DNA of 64,000 nt from a virus, in the IMG/VR virus record IMGVR_UViG_3300029286_000012. One strand, 5' to 3'. Position 1 is the stretch's first letter, and each line of letters begins with the position of its first letter. Under the pieces are notes generated by a model. It searched no databases. It worked only from the letters and a program-made list of their open reading frames with translations, and was not told the DNA's origin. Position numbers and translations under genes: made by a program. Below are positions 10,429 through 20,874 of this stretch, piece by piece.

Positions 10429-10458
10429 AAATCCGAGATTTATTCTCGGATTTTTTTT
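10429..10458 (+). terminator. Intrinsic terminator
   Basis: ATCCGAGA-tttat-TCTCGGAT followed by T run. Confidence 0.85.
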
Positions 10459-10474
10459 GCCTCTAAATACAAGT

Positions 10475-10930
10475 ATGAGTTTTAAAGTAAGCTGTTATAC
10501 ATTGTTTGATATTACACAGACTGGTATTGTCAATCGTTCTAAACCAGGAATGGATGATGATCCTGAAGTTTGGCTACATAACAGAAATACACAGTGTAAT
10601 TTTGATACTATTATACAGGCTGTTTCATTACGTAGTCAGCCAGAAAACATCACAACACCAATCTTCAATAAGATTAAGTTTGATGAGTTTGAGAATTTTG
10701 GATTTTTGTTAGAGGATAACGAGCAAATAATTTGCTGGACCTTTGATTTTGATATTCAACATCCTAGTGTGTTTAATGATGGTACTTCTGATTTGGGTGC
10801 ATTATACTCTGATTGTGATAGTGTTCCTATGATTAAAACTAAAAATGCTTGGGATAAATTACCTGCGTTTTTAGATTCATCAGATGAATTACGAAATATT
10901 TATTTTAAGGTGTTATACAATGAGAATTGA
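10475..10930 (+). CDS. Hypothetical protein
   Basis: TAAATA (10464-10469) 5 nt before ATG 10475. Confidence 0.65.
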   Translation: MSFKVSCYTLFDITQTGIVNRSKPGMDDDPEVWLHNRNTQCNFDTIIQAVSLRSQPENITTPIFNKIKFDEFENFGFLLEDNEQIICWTFDFDIQHPSVFNDGTSDLGALYSDCDSVPMIKTKNAWDKLPAFLDSSDELRNIYFKVLYNEN

Positions 10931-11402
10931 TGTTAATAAAATTGATAGAAAACTAGATAAAATGATATCAAATTCAGAATTTGCTAAATTGCAAGATGTT
11001 GTAATTTTTAAAGATATTGACGGTACATACAGTTTGTTTAACAAATATCATATTAAAAAGAAAGATGCAAATGACATTGTTGTGTCGTTAAATAACGGCG
11101 ATGACGTTAACTCCTTTTTTAGTATAAAGAATGCAGTATGCTGGTGTGTTTTGGATAAAATAGGTAAATACCAGTTAGCAAATAGAGTTATTGATTTGGA
11201 TATGCATTTAAGTAGCGTAGAAGTACATATCTCCATTCATTCCAAACTGTTCAAAAAAGCCAAAAAAACAGAGGATAAATTGATATATCTTGCTAAATTG
11301 AATGAAGATAAGTTTCAAAAAAAAGCCATGAGTGATGAACTAAATCAATATATAGCAAATTCATATGCTTGGCAACAGAAAAGATTTGATTCAAAATCCT
11401 AA
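10920..11402 (+). CDS. Hypothetical protein
   Basis: Likely start MRIDVNK at 10920 after AAGGTG. Confidence 0.6.
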   Translation: MRIDVNKIDRKLDKMISNSEFAKLQDVVIFKDIDGTYSLFNKYHIKKKDANDIVVSLNNGDDVNSFFSIKNAVCWCVLDKIGKYQLANRVIDLDMHLSSVEVHISIHSKLFKKAKKTEDKLIYLAKLNEDKFQKKAMSDELNQYIANSYAWQQKRFDSKS

Positions 11403-11451
11403 CAATAAATGAAAAAAGATAAATACTTTATATTAGTCTTGGAATACAACT

Positions 11452-12153
11452 ATGAAATTAACTGATTTTGACAAAAACCCAATAGAGAACGCTACTAAAG
11501 CGTTAAAAGAGCATTATGACGTTCCGTTTAATGTTCGTAAAATGTCGTATGCTCAATCAAGAGACATGCTTAATAAAGTTCGCGGCCTAATGACTGAAAC
11601 AAAGAAATCTACAGGTTTCTATGAAAGTCAACAGAATTCTTCATACCTAAAACTTGTGTTTATGGAACAAGCACTGAGTAAGCATTTTGCTGAAATCAGT
11701 CTACGTAAGCCACGTATCGTTGTAGAGAACGAAGAAGTTGAAAAGTCACAGGTTGTTTTGGCAGCGCAAGATTTAGTAGACCAAGTTCAGAAAATGGTTG
11801 AAGAAGTTAGTGATATGTTAGTAAAAGAATTACCGGCATTAACAGACTCAGTTCAATCTGAGATTGGTGTTAACGAAAGTGAAACATTCAATCAACAAGT
11901 TTCTGAAGCATTAACTTCATTACAAGCCGCATTGACACAAAGTCAAGCAACATTGAAAACAGCATTGAATGGCATCACCGGTCAAGGTGGTACTGAAGCG
12001 TTTGATGCGGGTGGTGATATGGCAGGTGGTGAGATGGGTGCTGAACTCGATGTTGAAGAACCACTACCAGGTGGTGGCGAAGAAGAAATGGACATTGGCA
12101 TCGAAGCTCCTGAAGAAGAGCCTCTAGGTGGTGTTGGTCGTCCTAAGAGATAA
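11452..12153 (+). CDS. Coiled-coil protein with acidic tail, putative prohead core/scaffold component
   Basis: Helical repeats, E/G-rich C-terminus, TAAATA upstream. Confidence 0.5.
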   Translation: MKLTDFDKNPIENATKALKEHYDVPFNVRKMSYAQSRDMLNKVRGLMTETKKSTGFYESQQNSSYLKLVFMEQALSKHFAEISLRKPRIVVENEEVEKSQVVLAAQDLVDQVQKMVEEVSDMLVKELPALTDSVQSEIGVNESETFNQQVSEALTSLQAALTQSQATLKTALNGITGQGGTEAFDAGGDMAGGEMGAELDVEEPLPGGGEEEMDIGIEAPEEEPLGGVGRPKR

Positions 12154-12155
12154 TC

Positions 12156-12485
12156 ATGCGATTATATGAGTTTGCCGGTAGTCCACTATTAATTAGACTT
12201 GTCGCCGCAACTAGTCAGCTTAAAAGTGAGATTGACTCGGGTGAAGTTCATAGTGATTGGACTGTTCCAGAATTGTTGCAATACTACAGAGATAATGATA
12301 TAGTTATTGATAAGTCTGACTTATATAATATGATTAAAAATCCTCCACTAAACAAGAGTATAGCAAACATTCAGGGCGATAATGTTATTTTTAAGGGTAG
12401 TGAGCCTGCTCCGGCAGCACAGCCTGACGAGAATCAAAAAATCGTAGCACAAATGGCTCAAAATGCAATGCAACAACCGCAATGA
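12156..12485 (+). CDS. Hypothetical protein
   Basis: MRLYEF N-terminus. Confidence 0.6.
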   Translation: MRLYEFAGSPLLIRLVAATSQLKSEIDSGEVHSDWTVPELLQYYRDNDIVIDKSDLYNMIKNPPLNKSIANIQGDNVIFKGSEPAPAAQPDENQKIVAQMAQNAMQQPQ

Positions 12486-12802
12486 TTAGTATAACCGACA
12501 AAGCGTCAAAAAAAATACAACAGACAATACAAAAACGGGGCAAAGGTCTTGGCATTCGTATAGGTGTAAAAACTACAGGATGCTCAGGTCTTGCTTATGT
12601 GCTTGAATATGTTGATAACCCACTAGAATACGATATTAAAGTAGACTGCAATGGTTGTACTTTATACGTCGATCCAAAAAGTTGTGCATACGTTCAAGGT
12701 ATGATTATTGACTATGCACGTAATGGGTTGAATGAAGGGTTTGAGTTTCAAAACCCAAACGAACGTGATAAATGTGGTTGTGGGGAAAGTTTTAGAGTGT
12801 GA
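12482..12802 (+). CDS. iscA: Iron-sulfur cluster assembly protein IscA/HesB family
   Basis: GCSGLAY, FQNPN, CGCGESF. Confidence 0.95.
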   Translation: MISITDKASKKIQQTIQKRGKGLGIRIGVKTTGCSGLAYVLEYVDNPLEYDIKVDCNGCTLYVDPKSCAYVQGMIIDYARNGLNEGFEFQNPNERDKCGCGESFRV

Positions 12803-13698
12803 AACATTTAGTAACAGTAACTTGTAATAAGGAACGTCATTTAATGTTATTGCAAGCTGAAAGCATACATAAATTTTTAGAACCATGTTGTCATTGGGTT
12901 ATAGTAAATGAAAAAATAACTGACATAGAAGCGTGGGAAGAATTACTGAGTCCCTTTTATAGCAGACATGAGTTAAAGATTATATCACAGCAACAACTGT
13001 TTGAAAATAAAGAAAATATATATGGTCATTTTACTCAGCAAGTATGCAAGCTTGAAATAGCAAACTTAATTAAAGATGACTATTTAATATTAGATAGTAA
13101 AAATTTCTTCATAAAGCCATCTAACATAGATGAATGGGATAATTATATAGGCTCAGGCATTATAGAATTTGTAAATGAACCTCCCGACAATTACCTTGAC
13201 TATCAACCATATAAAAATGGAAATGATAAAAGTTGGGTAGATGCTATAGCACAGTATAAAAATATGCTGGATTTAAAGGTAACACCTTTATATTTTTTAA
13301 AACCAGAAACACCGTTTAAGATAGAATACGAAGTATTGAAAAATTCTAATATACTAGATGACATTTTTTATAAACTTCTATTCATCGATGGTCGTAAGAT
13401 AAATTATGGTATAAGTGAATTTATTTTATATTCTTTTTTAGCATATGATAAAATTGACCTGGGAAAAAATACAATAATTGATTACAATCATATAAAAAAT
13501 AAACATATTTCATGTTCCCCTTCTAGTTTTGATTTATTTTTAGATGAAAATTTTTCAGTTGATAAACTAATTACGATAAATGATAGAGTAAAGATATTTG
13601 GCTTTCACCGTAGATTTTTAAAAAATTGCGGCCCTAAACAAATCAAACAGATAAACGAGTATCTAAAAATTCTTGGATTTAACTTTCAATACAACTAA
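12799..13698 (+). CDS. DUF6492-like / glycosyltransferase-fold protein
   Basis: G-H-F-T-QQVCKL, YLILDSKNFF, ETPF; very AT-rich. Confidence 0.5.
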   Translation: MKHLVTVTCNKERHLMLLQAESIHKFLEPCCHWVIVNEKITDIEAWEELLSPFYSRHELKIISQQQLFENKENIYGHFTQQVCKLEIANLIKDDYLILDSKNFFIKPSNIDEWDNYIGSGIIEFVNEPPDNYLDYQPYKNGNDKSWVDAIAQYKNMLDLKVTPLYFLKPETPFKIEYEVLKNSNILDDIFYKLLFIDGRKINYGISEFILYSFLAYDKIDLGKNTIIDYNHIKNKHISCSPSSFDLFLDENFSVDKLITINDRVKIFGFHRRFLKNCGPKQIKQINEYLKILGFNFQYN

Positions 13699-13703
13699 TA
13701 GTC

Positions 13704-14513
13704 ATGTCTAAAACTATATACGTAATTGGTGACAGTTTTTCAGCAGGTGCAGAATTAGAAGACCACACATTTAATTCATTTTATAAATTTAATCCCAAAA
13801 ATACTACCGAATATTATAAATGGTTAACAAGTAAAGATTATCAAATTGAGCTAGAATCTAGGAAAAATTATGACAAATATGAGTATGAATTGAAAAGAGC
13901 ATGGCCTGCCAAATTAGCATCACTTGCTAATGTCAATATGATTAATCATTCATTCGGTGGTTCTGGTCCAGCAATGTGGAGAGCTAAAGTTTTTTTAGAT
14001 TTGTTAAATTTTAAAAAAAATAATATTAAAGTAGATACTGCAATAATACAAATTTCAGAATACACTAGAGATTGTATATTTGACACACTACCAAATGGTG
14101 CACGAACCACTTATAATAATATAGGAATACAAAAATTATTAAATGGCTCATCAATTGAAAAGATATATTTAAAACTTAGATTAAAACTAGAATCAGAATA
14201 TGGATATTTTTTTAGATTTTTGTTAGATTTAGCATCTATTAAGACAAGTTTACTAAATTTTGGAATAACGGAAATCGAAATAATTTCTCATAGTTCATCT
14301 ACTCTCAACGATTGGAAAAACTTAGAATTTATAAATAATCCTGATATTCAATCACTATTAAGTTATTTAGGAATTAATTTAGACATACCTATCACCGCTA
14401 TATGGGAATATACTAAAACTAATCCCTTACCACCTATTCTACCTAATTCTCATTATCCAGAATATATACACGATGATTTTGCAAAACTTATGAAATCTAA
14501 ACTAAATTTATAA
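13704..14513 (+). CDS. SGNH/GDSL hydrolase-like protein
   Basis: N-terminal VIGDSFSAG, NHSFGGSG, C-terminal SHYPEYIH. Confidence 0.6.
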   Translation: MSKTIYVIGDSFSAGAELEDHTFNSFYKFNPKNTTEYYKWLTSKDYQIELESRKNYDKYEYELKRAWPAKLASLANVNMINHSFGGSGPAMWRAKVFLDLLNFKKNNIKVDTAIIQISEYTRDCIFDTLPNGARTTYNNIGIQKLLNGSSIEKIYLKLRLKLESEYGYFFRFLLDLASIKTSLLNFGITEIEIISHSSSTLNDWKNLEFINNPDIQSLLSYLGINLDIPITAIWEYTKTNPLPPILPNSHYPEYIHDDFAKLMKSKLNL

Positions 14514-14561
14514 TTATCCCTTTACTCTTTACAATTTATAACAATAATGTATAATAACACA

Positions 14562-15248
14562 ATGTACATTCCAAACAAATATAATTACACACCCTTACTA
14601 AGGGAAACAATAAATGGCTCACGCAAATACGCTACACCTGACGGTGAAAAACTCCCAAGTGTCACTACTATATTAGATGCTACTAAAAGTGAAGAATCTA
14701 AACAAGCACTCAACAATTGGCGTAAACGAGTTGGTGTTCAGAAAGCACAAGAAATCACAACAGAAGCCGCAGGTCGTGGGACACGAATGCACAAGTGGCT
14801 TGAAGATTACATTAAGACAGGAGTACTCAATGAGCCCGGAAGCAATCCGTATAGCTTGCAAAGCCATAAAATGGCCCAATCAATCATTAATCAAGGTCTT
14901 GTTAAATGCAGTGAATATTGGGGTACAGAAGTTCCTCTCTATTATCCGAAAGTTTATGCAGGGACGACAGACTTAGTAGGTGTACACGATGGTAGTGACG
15001 CTATTATGGACCATAAACAAACAAACAAGCCCAAAAAACGTGAATGGATTGATGATTACTTTGTTCAGTTAGCGGCTTATGCTAATGCACACAATGAAGT
15101 TCACGGGACAAAGATACGTAAAGGTGTCATTTTTATGTGTTCTGCTGATAACCTCTATCAGGAATTCATATTAGAAGGACCTGAGTTTGTCAAGTATACT
15201 GACATTTGGTTCAATCGGGTTGAACAATACTATATGAAGTTCTTATAA
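14562..15248 (+). CDS. PD-(D/E)XK (RecB/Cas4-like) exonuclease
   Basis: PSVTTIL, RGTRMH, AGTTD, DHKQ, QLAAYA; TATAAT at 14550-14555 favours start 14562. Confidence 0.85.
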   Translation: MYIPNKYNYTPLLRETINGSRKYATPDGEKLPSVTTILDATKSEESKQALNNWRKRVGVQKAQEITTEAAGRGTRMHKWLEDYIKTGVLNEPGSNPYSLQSHKMAQSIINQGLVKCSEYWGTEVPLYYPKVYAGTTDLVGVHDGSDAIMDHKQTNKPKKREWIDDYFVQLAAYANAHNEVHGTKIRKGVIFMCSADNLYQEFILEGPEFVKYTDIWFNRVEQYYMKFL

Positions 15249-15291
15249 TGTTTTAAGATAAATAAGTGTAAATCTTCAAAGAATTACACTT

Positions 15292-18048
15292 ATGGCCATT
15301 ATACAGATATCGAAAATCCAACAGCGTTCAGGTAACCTTGTAGACCTGCCACAATTAGATGAAGCGCAATTTGGCTTTGCACAAGATGCTAGCCGACTAT
15401 TCATTGGTAAAACTACTGGCACTCCCGAAAACATTGAAGTACTTACTAGCTACTCAGAGATTAGTTTTAGTCAAGTACAAGGTAGTGGCAATAGTAATGT
15501 TAATATAACTGCAAACACATTGCAACCTGGACAAATATTAGGATATGATAGTGTTACTGGTTCGTGGGTAAATACAGGTGGTAATGCTAACTCTCCGGGA
15601 AATACGGCAGCATATACAGGTATACCGGTACATTTAGGTAGCGTTAGTAATGTTAAAATTGGCGGAGGTGCGATTGGATATGTATTAACAACAGATGGTT
15701 CTGGTACCTTATCTTGGAGCCCTAAGACTACTGTAGTTGCAAATATTATAGCTATATCAAATGCTAGCCCTGCAATAATGACGTTTAATCCTAACAATGT
15801 TAGTTATGTAAGTGGTACAGCAATTACAATTTTAGGTGTTAACGGTAATGCTAATAGTGAAATCAACGGTGAAACTTTATATGTTAAAGTAGCTAACAAT
15901 TTTGGTACTACTGGTAATGTAAGTTTATATACCGATGACACACTCGCTAACGCATTCAATGGCGCAAATTTAACATACACTAATTCTCCAAATGCTACTG
16001 CAACCAGTTCGTTTGGAACCGGTGGAAGCTCACCGGCAGCTGGAGTAGACGGATCTATTCAATATAATGTCAGTGGTGTATTAACTGGTTCTGCTTTATT
16101 AAAATATGCAAACGGTAATGTAGAAATAGCTAATAGTAGTGTTGTAGTATCAAATGGTAATGTATCAGCTAATTTATTAACTGGCACATTGACGACAGCA
16201 TCACAACCAAATATCACAAGTACAGGTACTCTTGCTGGTTTAGTTGTTGCAGGTAATATCACACCAAGCACAGACATAACATACAATTTAGGTAATAACA
16301 CAAATAGATTTAATGATTTGTATTTGGCTAACAGTACAATATACATTGGTACTCAAACAATTAGTGCCAATGCAACTAACGTTATTATTTCAGGTACACT
16401 AACAGCAAACATATCTGGAAATATATCAGGTAATGCCACAACAGCAGGCACAGTAACAACTAATGCTCAACCTAACATCACAAGCGTTGGTATATTAAGT
16501 AGTTTATCAGTTAGCGGTAACATTACTACTGGTAACTTAGATGGTGCAAATAGTATTACAGCTAACTACTTTATAGGTAGTGGTAACAATTTAAGTAATA
16601 TACAAGGTGCCAATGTAACCGGTGCAGTCAGTTATGCTTCAACTGCAAATAGTGTAGCACTTGCAAATGTTTCTGGTGCAGGCAACATTGCATCTATTAA
16701 CTTAGACGGCAGTACAAGCAATATATTGTATGGTAACGGTGTATTTGCTCCAGCTGCCGCAACGTATGGCAATAGTGATGTAGCAACATTCTTAGCAAGT
16801 TATGGTAGTAACACAATTACTACAACCGGTAATGTAAGTGTAGGTAATATCATAGGTAATGGTCAAGCACTAACTGGCATTGCTGGTGCTAATGTATCGG
16901 GTTTTGTACCCAACGCCAATGTTGCTAATACAGCATTTGCAGTAGCAGCCGCTAATGTTTCTGGCTTAGGTAATATCGCAACTGCAAACTTAGATGGTAG
17001 CAATAGCAATGTATTATATGGTAATGGTGTATTTGCTCCGGCAGCCGTATCATATGGGAACAGTAATGTTGCTACGTTCTTGGCAAGTTTTGGATCTAAT
17101 ACTATTACTACTACTGGTACTGCTAACGTAGGTAATCTATTATCATTGGGTACAATTGGTGGTAATGTAGGCGGCAATGCCGTATTCTTAGGTGATGGTG
17201 GTTTATTAAGTAATATCAATATAGCCGCCGGCTCAAGTATTGTTAATGGTAACAGTAATGTTTCAGTTGGTGCAAATAGTAATGTAGTCATTAGTGTGTC
17301 AGGAACACCTAACGTTGTTGTTGTGACTAACACCCTTGCCAATATTACAGGAAATTTATCGGTTAGCGGTAATATTACTGCAGGTAATATATCTGCAACT
17401 TTGTTTACTGGCAATGTTAGTGGTAATGTCACTGGCAATGTTAGTGGTAGTGCAACTACAGCCGGTATTGTAACAACTAATGCACAGCCCAATATTACAA
17501 GCATAGGTACCTTAACAAGCCTAAGTGTTTCAGGTAATGCTAATGTAGGTAATTTAAATACAGCAAATGCAGGCATAATTGGTGGTAGTAATGTAACATT
17601 TACTACTGGATCAAATACTAATCCAGGAACATTTACTGGTAACTTCTCATTAAGTGCAGGATCAAGACTTAATGCGACATATGCTGACTTAGCAGAATAT
17701 TATGAGGCAGATGCTGTATATGAGCCGGGAACTGTTTTAGCTTTTGGCGGAGATAAAGAAGTTACACTTGCACAAGATGGAACAAATAAAGTAGCAGGTG
17801 TAGTATCTACTGATCCAGCATATGTTATGAATATGAAATGCCAAGGTGAACATATAGTAGCGTTAGCTCTACAAGGTCGTGTACCAACTAAAGTTCGTGG
17901 AACAATAAGTAAAGGTGATATGTTAGTGTCAGGTGGTGATGGTTATGCTAGACCAGCAAACAATCCTGGTATGGGAACAGTTATAGGTAAATCATTAGCA
18001 AACTTTACCGGCGAAGGTATAATAGAGGTCGCCGTAGGCAGACTATAA
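15292..18048 (+). CDS. Tail fibre-like protein with C-terminal peptidase G2-type intramolecular chaperone domain
   Basis: G/N/S/T-rich AQPNITS repeats; C-terminal ADLAEYY...LQGRVP...KGD...EVAVGR. Confidence 0.75.
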   Translation: MAIIQISKIQQRSGNLVDLPQLDEAQFGFAQDASRLFIGKTTGTPENIEVLTSYSEISFSQVQGSGNSNVNITANTLQPGQILGYDSVTGSWVNTGGNANSPGNTAAYTGIPVHLGSVSNVKIGGGAIGYVLTTDGSGTLSWSPKTTVVANIIAISNASPAIMTFNPNNVSYVSGTAITILGVNGNANSEINGETLYVKVANNFGTTGNVSLYTDDTLANAFNGANLTYTNSPNATATSSFGTGGSSPAAGVDGSIQYNVSGVLTGSALLKYANGNVEIANSSVVVSNGNVSANLLTGTLTTASQPNITSTGTLAGLVVAGNITPSTDITYNLGNNTNRFNDLYLANSTIYIGTQTISANATNVIISGTLTANISGNISGNATTAGTVTTNAQPNITSVGILSSLSVSGNITTGNLDGANSITANYFIGSGNNLSNIQGANVTGAVSYASTANSVALANVSGAGNIASINLDGSTSNILYGNGVFAPAAATYGNSDVATFLASYGSNTITTTGNVSVGNIIGNGQALTGIAGANVSGFVPNANVANTAFAVAAANVSGLGNIATANLDGSNSNVLYGNGVFAPAAVSYGNSNVATFLASFGSNTITTTGTANVGNLLSLGTIGGNVGGNAVFLGDGGLLSNINIAAGSSIVNGNSNVSVGANSNVVISVSGTPNVVVVTNTLANITGNLSVSGNITAGNISATLFTGNVSGNVTGNVSGSATTAGIVTTNAQPNITSIGTLTSLSVSGNANVGNLNTANAGIIGGSNVTFTTGSNTNPGTFTGNFSLSAGSRLNATYADLAEYYEADAVYEPGTVLAFGGDKEVTLAQDGTNKVAGVVSTDPAYVMNMKCQGEHIVALALQGRVPTKVRGTISKGDMLVSGGDGYARPANNPGMGTVIGKSLANFTGEGIIEVAVGRL

Positions 18049-18075
18049 GAATAAATAAGATATAGGAATTAAAAA

Positions 18076-18627
18076 ATGGCATCATACGCATATACAGCAA
18101 ACAGCGCAACAGCGGCAGCATCCGCAAATATTGCGACGGATAAGATTAGAATAGCTACTTCTAACGTAGCTATTCAATACACCACTAGTTTTCCAAACGT
18201 TGCATTAACTGGCACTGTAACTTGCGCTACTAACAGCACAACTGTCACTGGTTCAGGAACAGCATTCAGTACTGAATTAGCAATAGGCAGTTGGATAGGT
18301 AATACTGCAGGCGCAAATGTGGGTATCGTTGCATCTATTGCGAATAACACAAGTTTAACATTGACAGCGAATGCCGCAGTAGCAATCAGCGGCGCAACAG
18401 CAAGATATAATCCATACGGAGTTCCTTATACTATAGCTACTGCAAATAGTGAAATGATTCCTCCTAATACTGTTAATAATAGTATTATAGTTGGACAAGG
18501 TAATATAGTGTCTTATCTAACTGTAGACGGAGCCAATAGTTTGTTTACTATAACTGAGTTGGGCGCACCTCATCCTAATACAGGAACAAGCGGTTATAAC
18601 AGCCCAACTGGTAGCTTTACTGGTTAA
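18076..18627 (+). CDS. Putative virion structural protein
   Basis: A/T/G-rich, TVTGSGTAF motif; TAAATA upstream. Confidence 0.6.
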   Translation: MASYAYTANSATAAASANIATDKIRIATSNVAIQYTTSFPNVALTGTVTCATNSTTVTGSGTAFSTELAIGSWIGNTAGANVGIVASIANNTSLTLTANAAVAISGATARYNPYGVPYTIATANSEMIPPNTVNNSIIVGQGNIVSYLTVDGANSLFTITELGAPHPNTGTSGYNSPTGSFTG

Positions 18628-18658
18628 TTTTACTCTTTTTTGATAAATACATCATACA

Positions 18659-18713
18659 CTCTCATTCGGAGGGTTTATGCAGTAACCCACTGCGTAGCGG
18701 CTAGAACCCGCTA
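18659..18713 (+). promoter_or_regulatory. Structured 5' leader (three tandem hairpins), candidate cis-regulatory RNA
   Basis: CTCTC/GAGGG, TATGCAGT/ACTGCGTA, AGCGG/CCGCT stems between TAAATA (18644) and AAGGA RBS. Confidence 0.5.
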
Positions 18714-18734
18714 ATTTTATCAAAGGAAAAACAA

Positions 18735-20114
18735 ATGGGACGTCCTCTAAAAATCGCAAAGGCGCAAGCCATATTAACAATTACAGATACAACAGCGGCA
18801 ACAGGTGCTGTTACTGTAACTGAAAGTCTAACAACAACCGGTGTTATCGCAGGTATGCCATTCGTAATAGCATCAAGTGTTGGTAATCTACTTACTGCAA
18901 CAACATACTATATATTAACAGTTATTGATGCAAACAACTTTACAGTGTCAGCCACTGACTTAAGCGCAAACACAACTCGCACAGCAGTTACATTGGCTGA
19001 CACTACTGGTCAATCAGTAGCAATGTCAGTTGGTGTAGTTGATGCATATTTCAACAACCCTGAAGGTGGTGCCGGCTTCCCTGCAACTAACGCTAATACA
19101 TATGGTGTAGTTGGTGGCAACACAGGAATATATGGTTCACAGGTTCTACCACGTGTAGCTATCGGTATCTCTGGTACAGGTATATTGTATGCTGCCACTG
19201 ATACTGCATATGTAACCGGTATTGGTACTGACTTAACAAACACATTAAGTGTGGGTTCTGTAATTCAAGTTGCAAGTGCAAACGTTAATGGTACAACGAC
19301 TGATTATACTACTCTAGGTTTTGCAAACACAGTGCCTGGCTTAACGACTGTTGCTGTTGCTAACACACAAAATACAGGTAACATCATTGGTACTTCAGGT
19401 AATGCTCAAACGTTATTAGCTAATGGAACAGTAAGATTTACTGCTAATTTGGGTGGTCTAGTTTCTGGTCAAGTTTATTTTGTTAAAGCAATAGCAAATG
19501 CGGCTGCATTCACTGTTTCTACAACATTGGGTGGTGCTGAAGTTGACTTGTCAAGTGCTACTGGTACACCAGACGCACAACAAGATGTAGTTGAATTAGT
19601 TGCAAATGCGGCAGTGGCTGCTTCAGGATCTGCATTCATCTATGCAGATGACGAAGCTGGTTTCATTGTTCGTCAAAAAGGTAAGACAAAGTATCTTGTA
19701 CAAGGTGGTACAACTGGTTTAATTGCACAATGCTATACAGCAAACGTTGCTAACACAGCATTGACACCAAACACAATGAACATCTTGTCTACTGATGCAG
19801 CCTCTGGTACAGCATATGTTTCAAGTGTAAATGATTATAACACTGAAGTGTTCCCAACGCAAGTTGATGCCGCTTCACTAAGTGTAGGTACATTGTATAC
19901 AATTTATAGTAGTGGTACAACAGATTGGTCAGTATGCGGTGCGGCATCTAATATGACAGGCGTTACATTCCTTGCTACAGCCGCAGGAACCGGTACAGGT
20001 ACTGCTGTTGTTAATAGTGTTAACCCTGATGTTATTGCTACATTCAACACAGCATACGCCGCTAATACATATGAAGGTCAGCCTAACCCAATTGTGGTTA
20101 TTGCTAGTGCTTAA
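18735..20114 (+). CDS. Putative virion structural protein with repeated beta domains
   Basis: MGRPLK start; two 'L..(T/G)..Y(Y/F)....FTVS' modules; IVRQKGKTKYLV. Confidence 0.6.
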   Translation: MGRPLKIAKAQAILTITDTTAATGAVTVTESLTTTGVIAGMPFVIASSVGNLLTATTYYILTVIDANNFTVSATDLSANTTRTAVTLADTTGQSVAMSVGVVDAYFNNPEGGAGFPATNANTYGVVGGNTGIYGSQVLPRVAIGISGTGILYAATDTAYVTGIGTDLTNTLSVGSVIQVASANVNGTTTDYTTLGFANTVPGLTTVAVANTQNTGNIIGTSGNAQTLLANGTVRFTANLGGLVSGQVYFVKAIANAAAFTVSTTLGGAEVDLSSATGTPDAQQDVVELVANAAVAASGSAFIYADDEAGFIVRQKGKTKYLVQGGTTGLIAQCYTANVANTALTPNTMNILSTDAASGTAYVSSVNDYNTEVFPTQVDAASLSVGTLYTIYSSGTTDWSVCGAASNMTGVTFLATAAGTGTGTAVVNSVNPDVIATFNTAYAANTYEGQPNPIVVIASA

Positions 20115-20116
20115 TT

Positions 20117-20428
20117 ATGGTAACTAGTAGGACAATCAAAATGCCAAAAACTGAAACAGAAGTAGCAATACTTCAGGTACAGGTTCAAAACATTACCGAT
20201 GATATCAGTGAAATAAAAGCTGATATCAAAGACATTCACCTTGAAATGGTTAAAAACAACGATGATACCAAGGTGATGCTAAAAGGTATGAAGGACGCTA
20301 GTTCTAATGCACATCAGGCAATGTCTGACAAAATCTCTGCGCTTGAAAAATGGCGCTGGATGATGATGGGGGCAGGTGTTGTAATAGGATCATTGGGATT
20401 TGATACGATAGCAAAATTGCTAAAATAA
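20117..20428 (+). CDS. Coiled-coil protein with C-terminal TM helix (XhlA/holin-like)
   Basis: LEKWRWMMMGAGVVIGSLGF hydrophobic tail. Confidence 0.5.
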   Translation: MVTSRTIKMPKTETEVAILQVQVQNITDDISEIKADIKDIHLEMVKNNDDTKVMLKGMKDASSNAHQAMSDKISALEKWRWMMMGAGVVIGSLGFDTIAKLLK

Positions 20429-20454
20429 AAAAAGAGACTTAGGTCTCTTTTTTT
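20427..20454. terminator. Bidirectional intrinsic terminator
   Basis: A7-GAGAC-ttag-GTCTC-T7 between convergent genes. Confidence 0.85.
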
Positions 20455-20855
20455 GTAAGTGCGTTTAATTTTTTCTGAACAACATCAAAGTTTACTGTAT
20501 TAAATAATCCCGGATGTAATGGTTTGGGATATTGTTTGTTTCCTACCCAAGCATAACCACAATGCTCATCATTTAATACAGGGGTAAATTCATCAGTTAC
20601 TTTACAAAAGAATGTATGATATGTAAATGTATTATTGACAAACTTCTGAATGGGTACAAGTTTAGCGTGTTCGGGAAAGTAATTTACTTCTTCCATACAT
20701 TCACGCTGTAAACCTTCAAGTAACGTTTCACCAGTTTCTATTTTACCACCGGGTATACCCCAGTTACCTGGATTCTTATTGTCATTACGTAGCAGGTATA
20801 GGAAACGTTTTGTATTTTCAGAATAGAAAAAGATACCTGCGGAAATATTGTTCAT
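20439..20855 (-). CDS. Nudix hydrolase
   Basis: Nudix box GGKIETGETLLEGLQRECMEEV; likely start MNNISAG at 20855. Confidence 0.9.
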   Translation of the reverse strand: MNNISAGIFFYSENTKRFLYLLRNDNKNPGNWGIPGGKIETGETLLEGLQRECMEEVNYFPEHAKLVPIQKFVNNTFTYHTFFCKVTDEFTPVLNDEHCGYAWVGNKQYPKPLHPGLFNTVNFDVVQKKLNALTKKET

Positions 20856-20874
20856 ACTATGATTTATCACAGTA

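Noticed and set aside
14562-15248. Cas4-like nuclease as sign of a CRISPR system
   Set aside because: Stand-alone PD-(D/E)XK exonuclease common in phages; no cas genes or array
15471-17576. Antisense ORFs over the first fibre gene
   Set aside because: Same shadow-frame effect
18671-18696. preQ1-I riboswitch resemblance (GGGT..GCAGTAACCC)
   Set aside because: Lacks the A-rich 3' tail and precedes a structural gene; kept only as an unnamed structured leader
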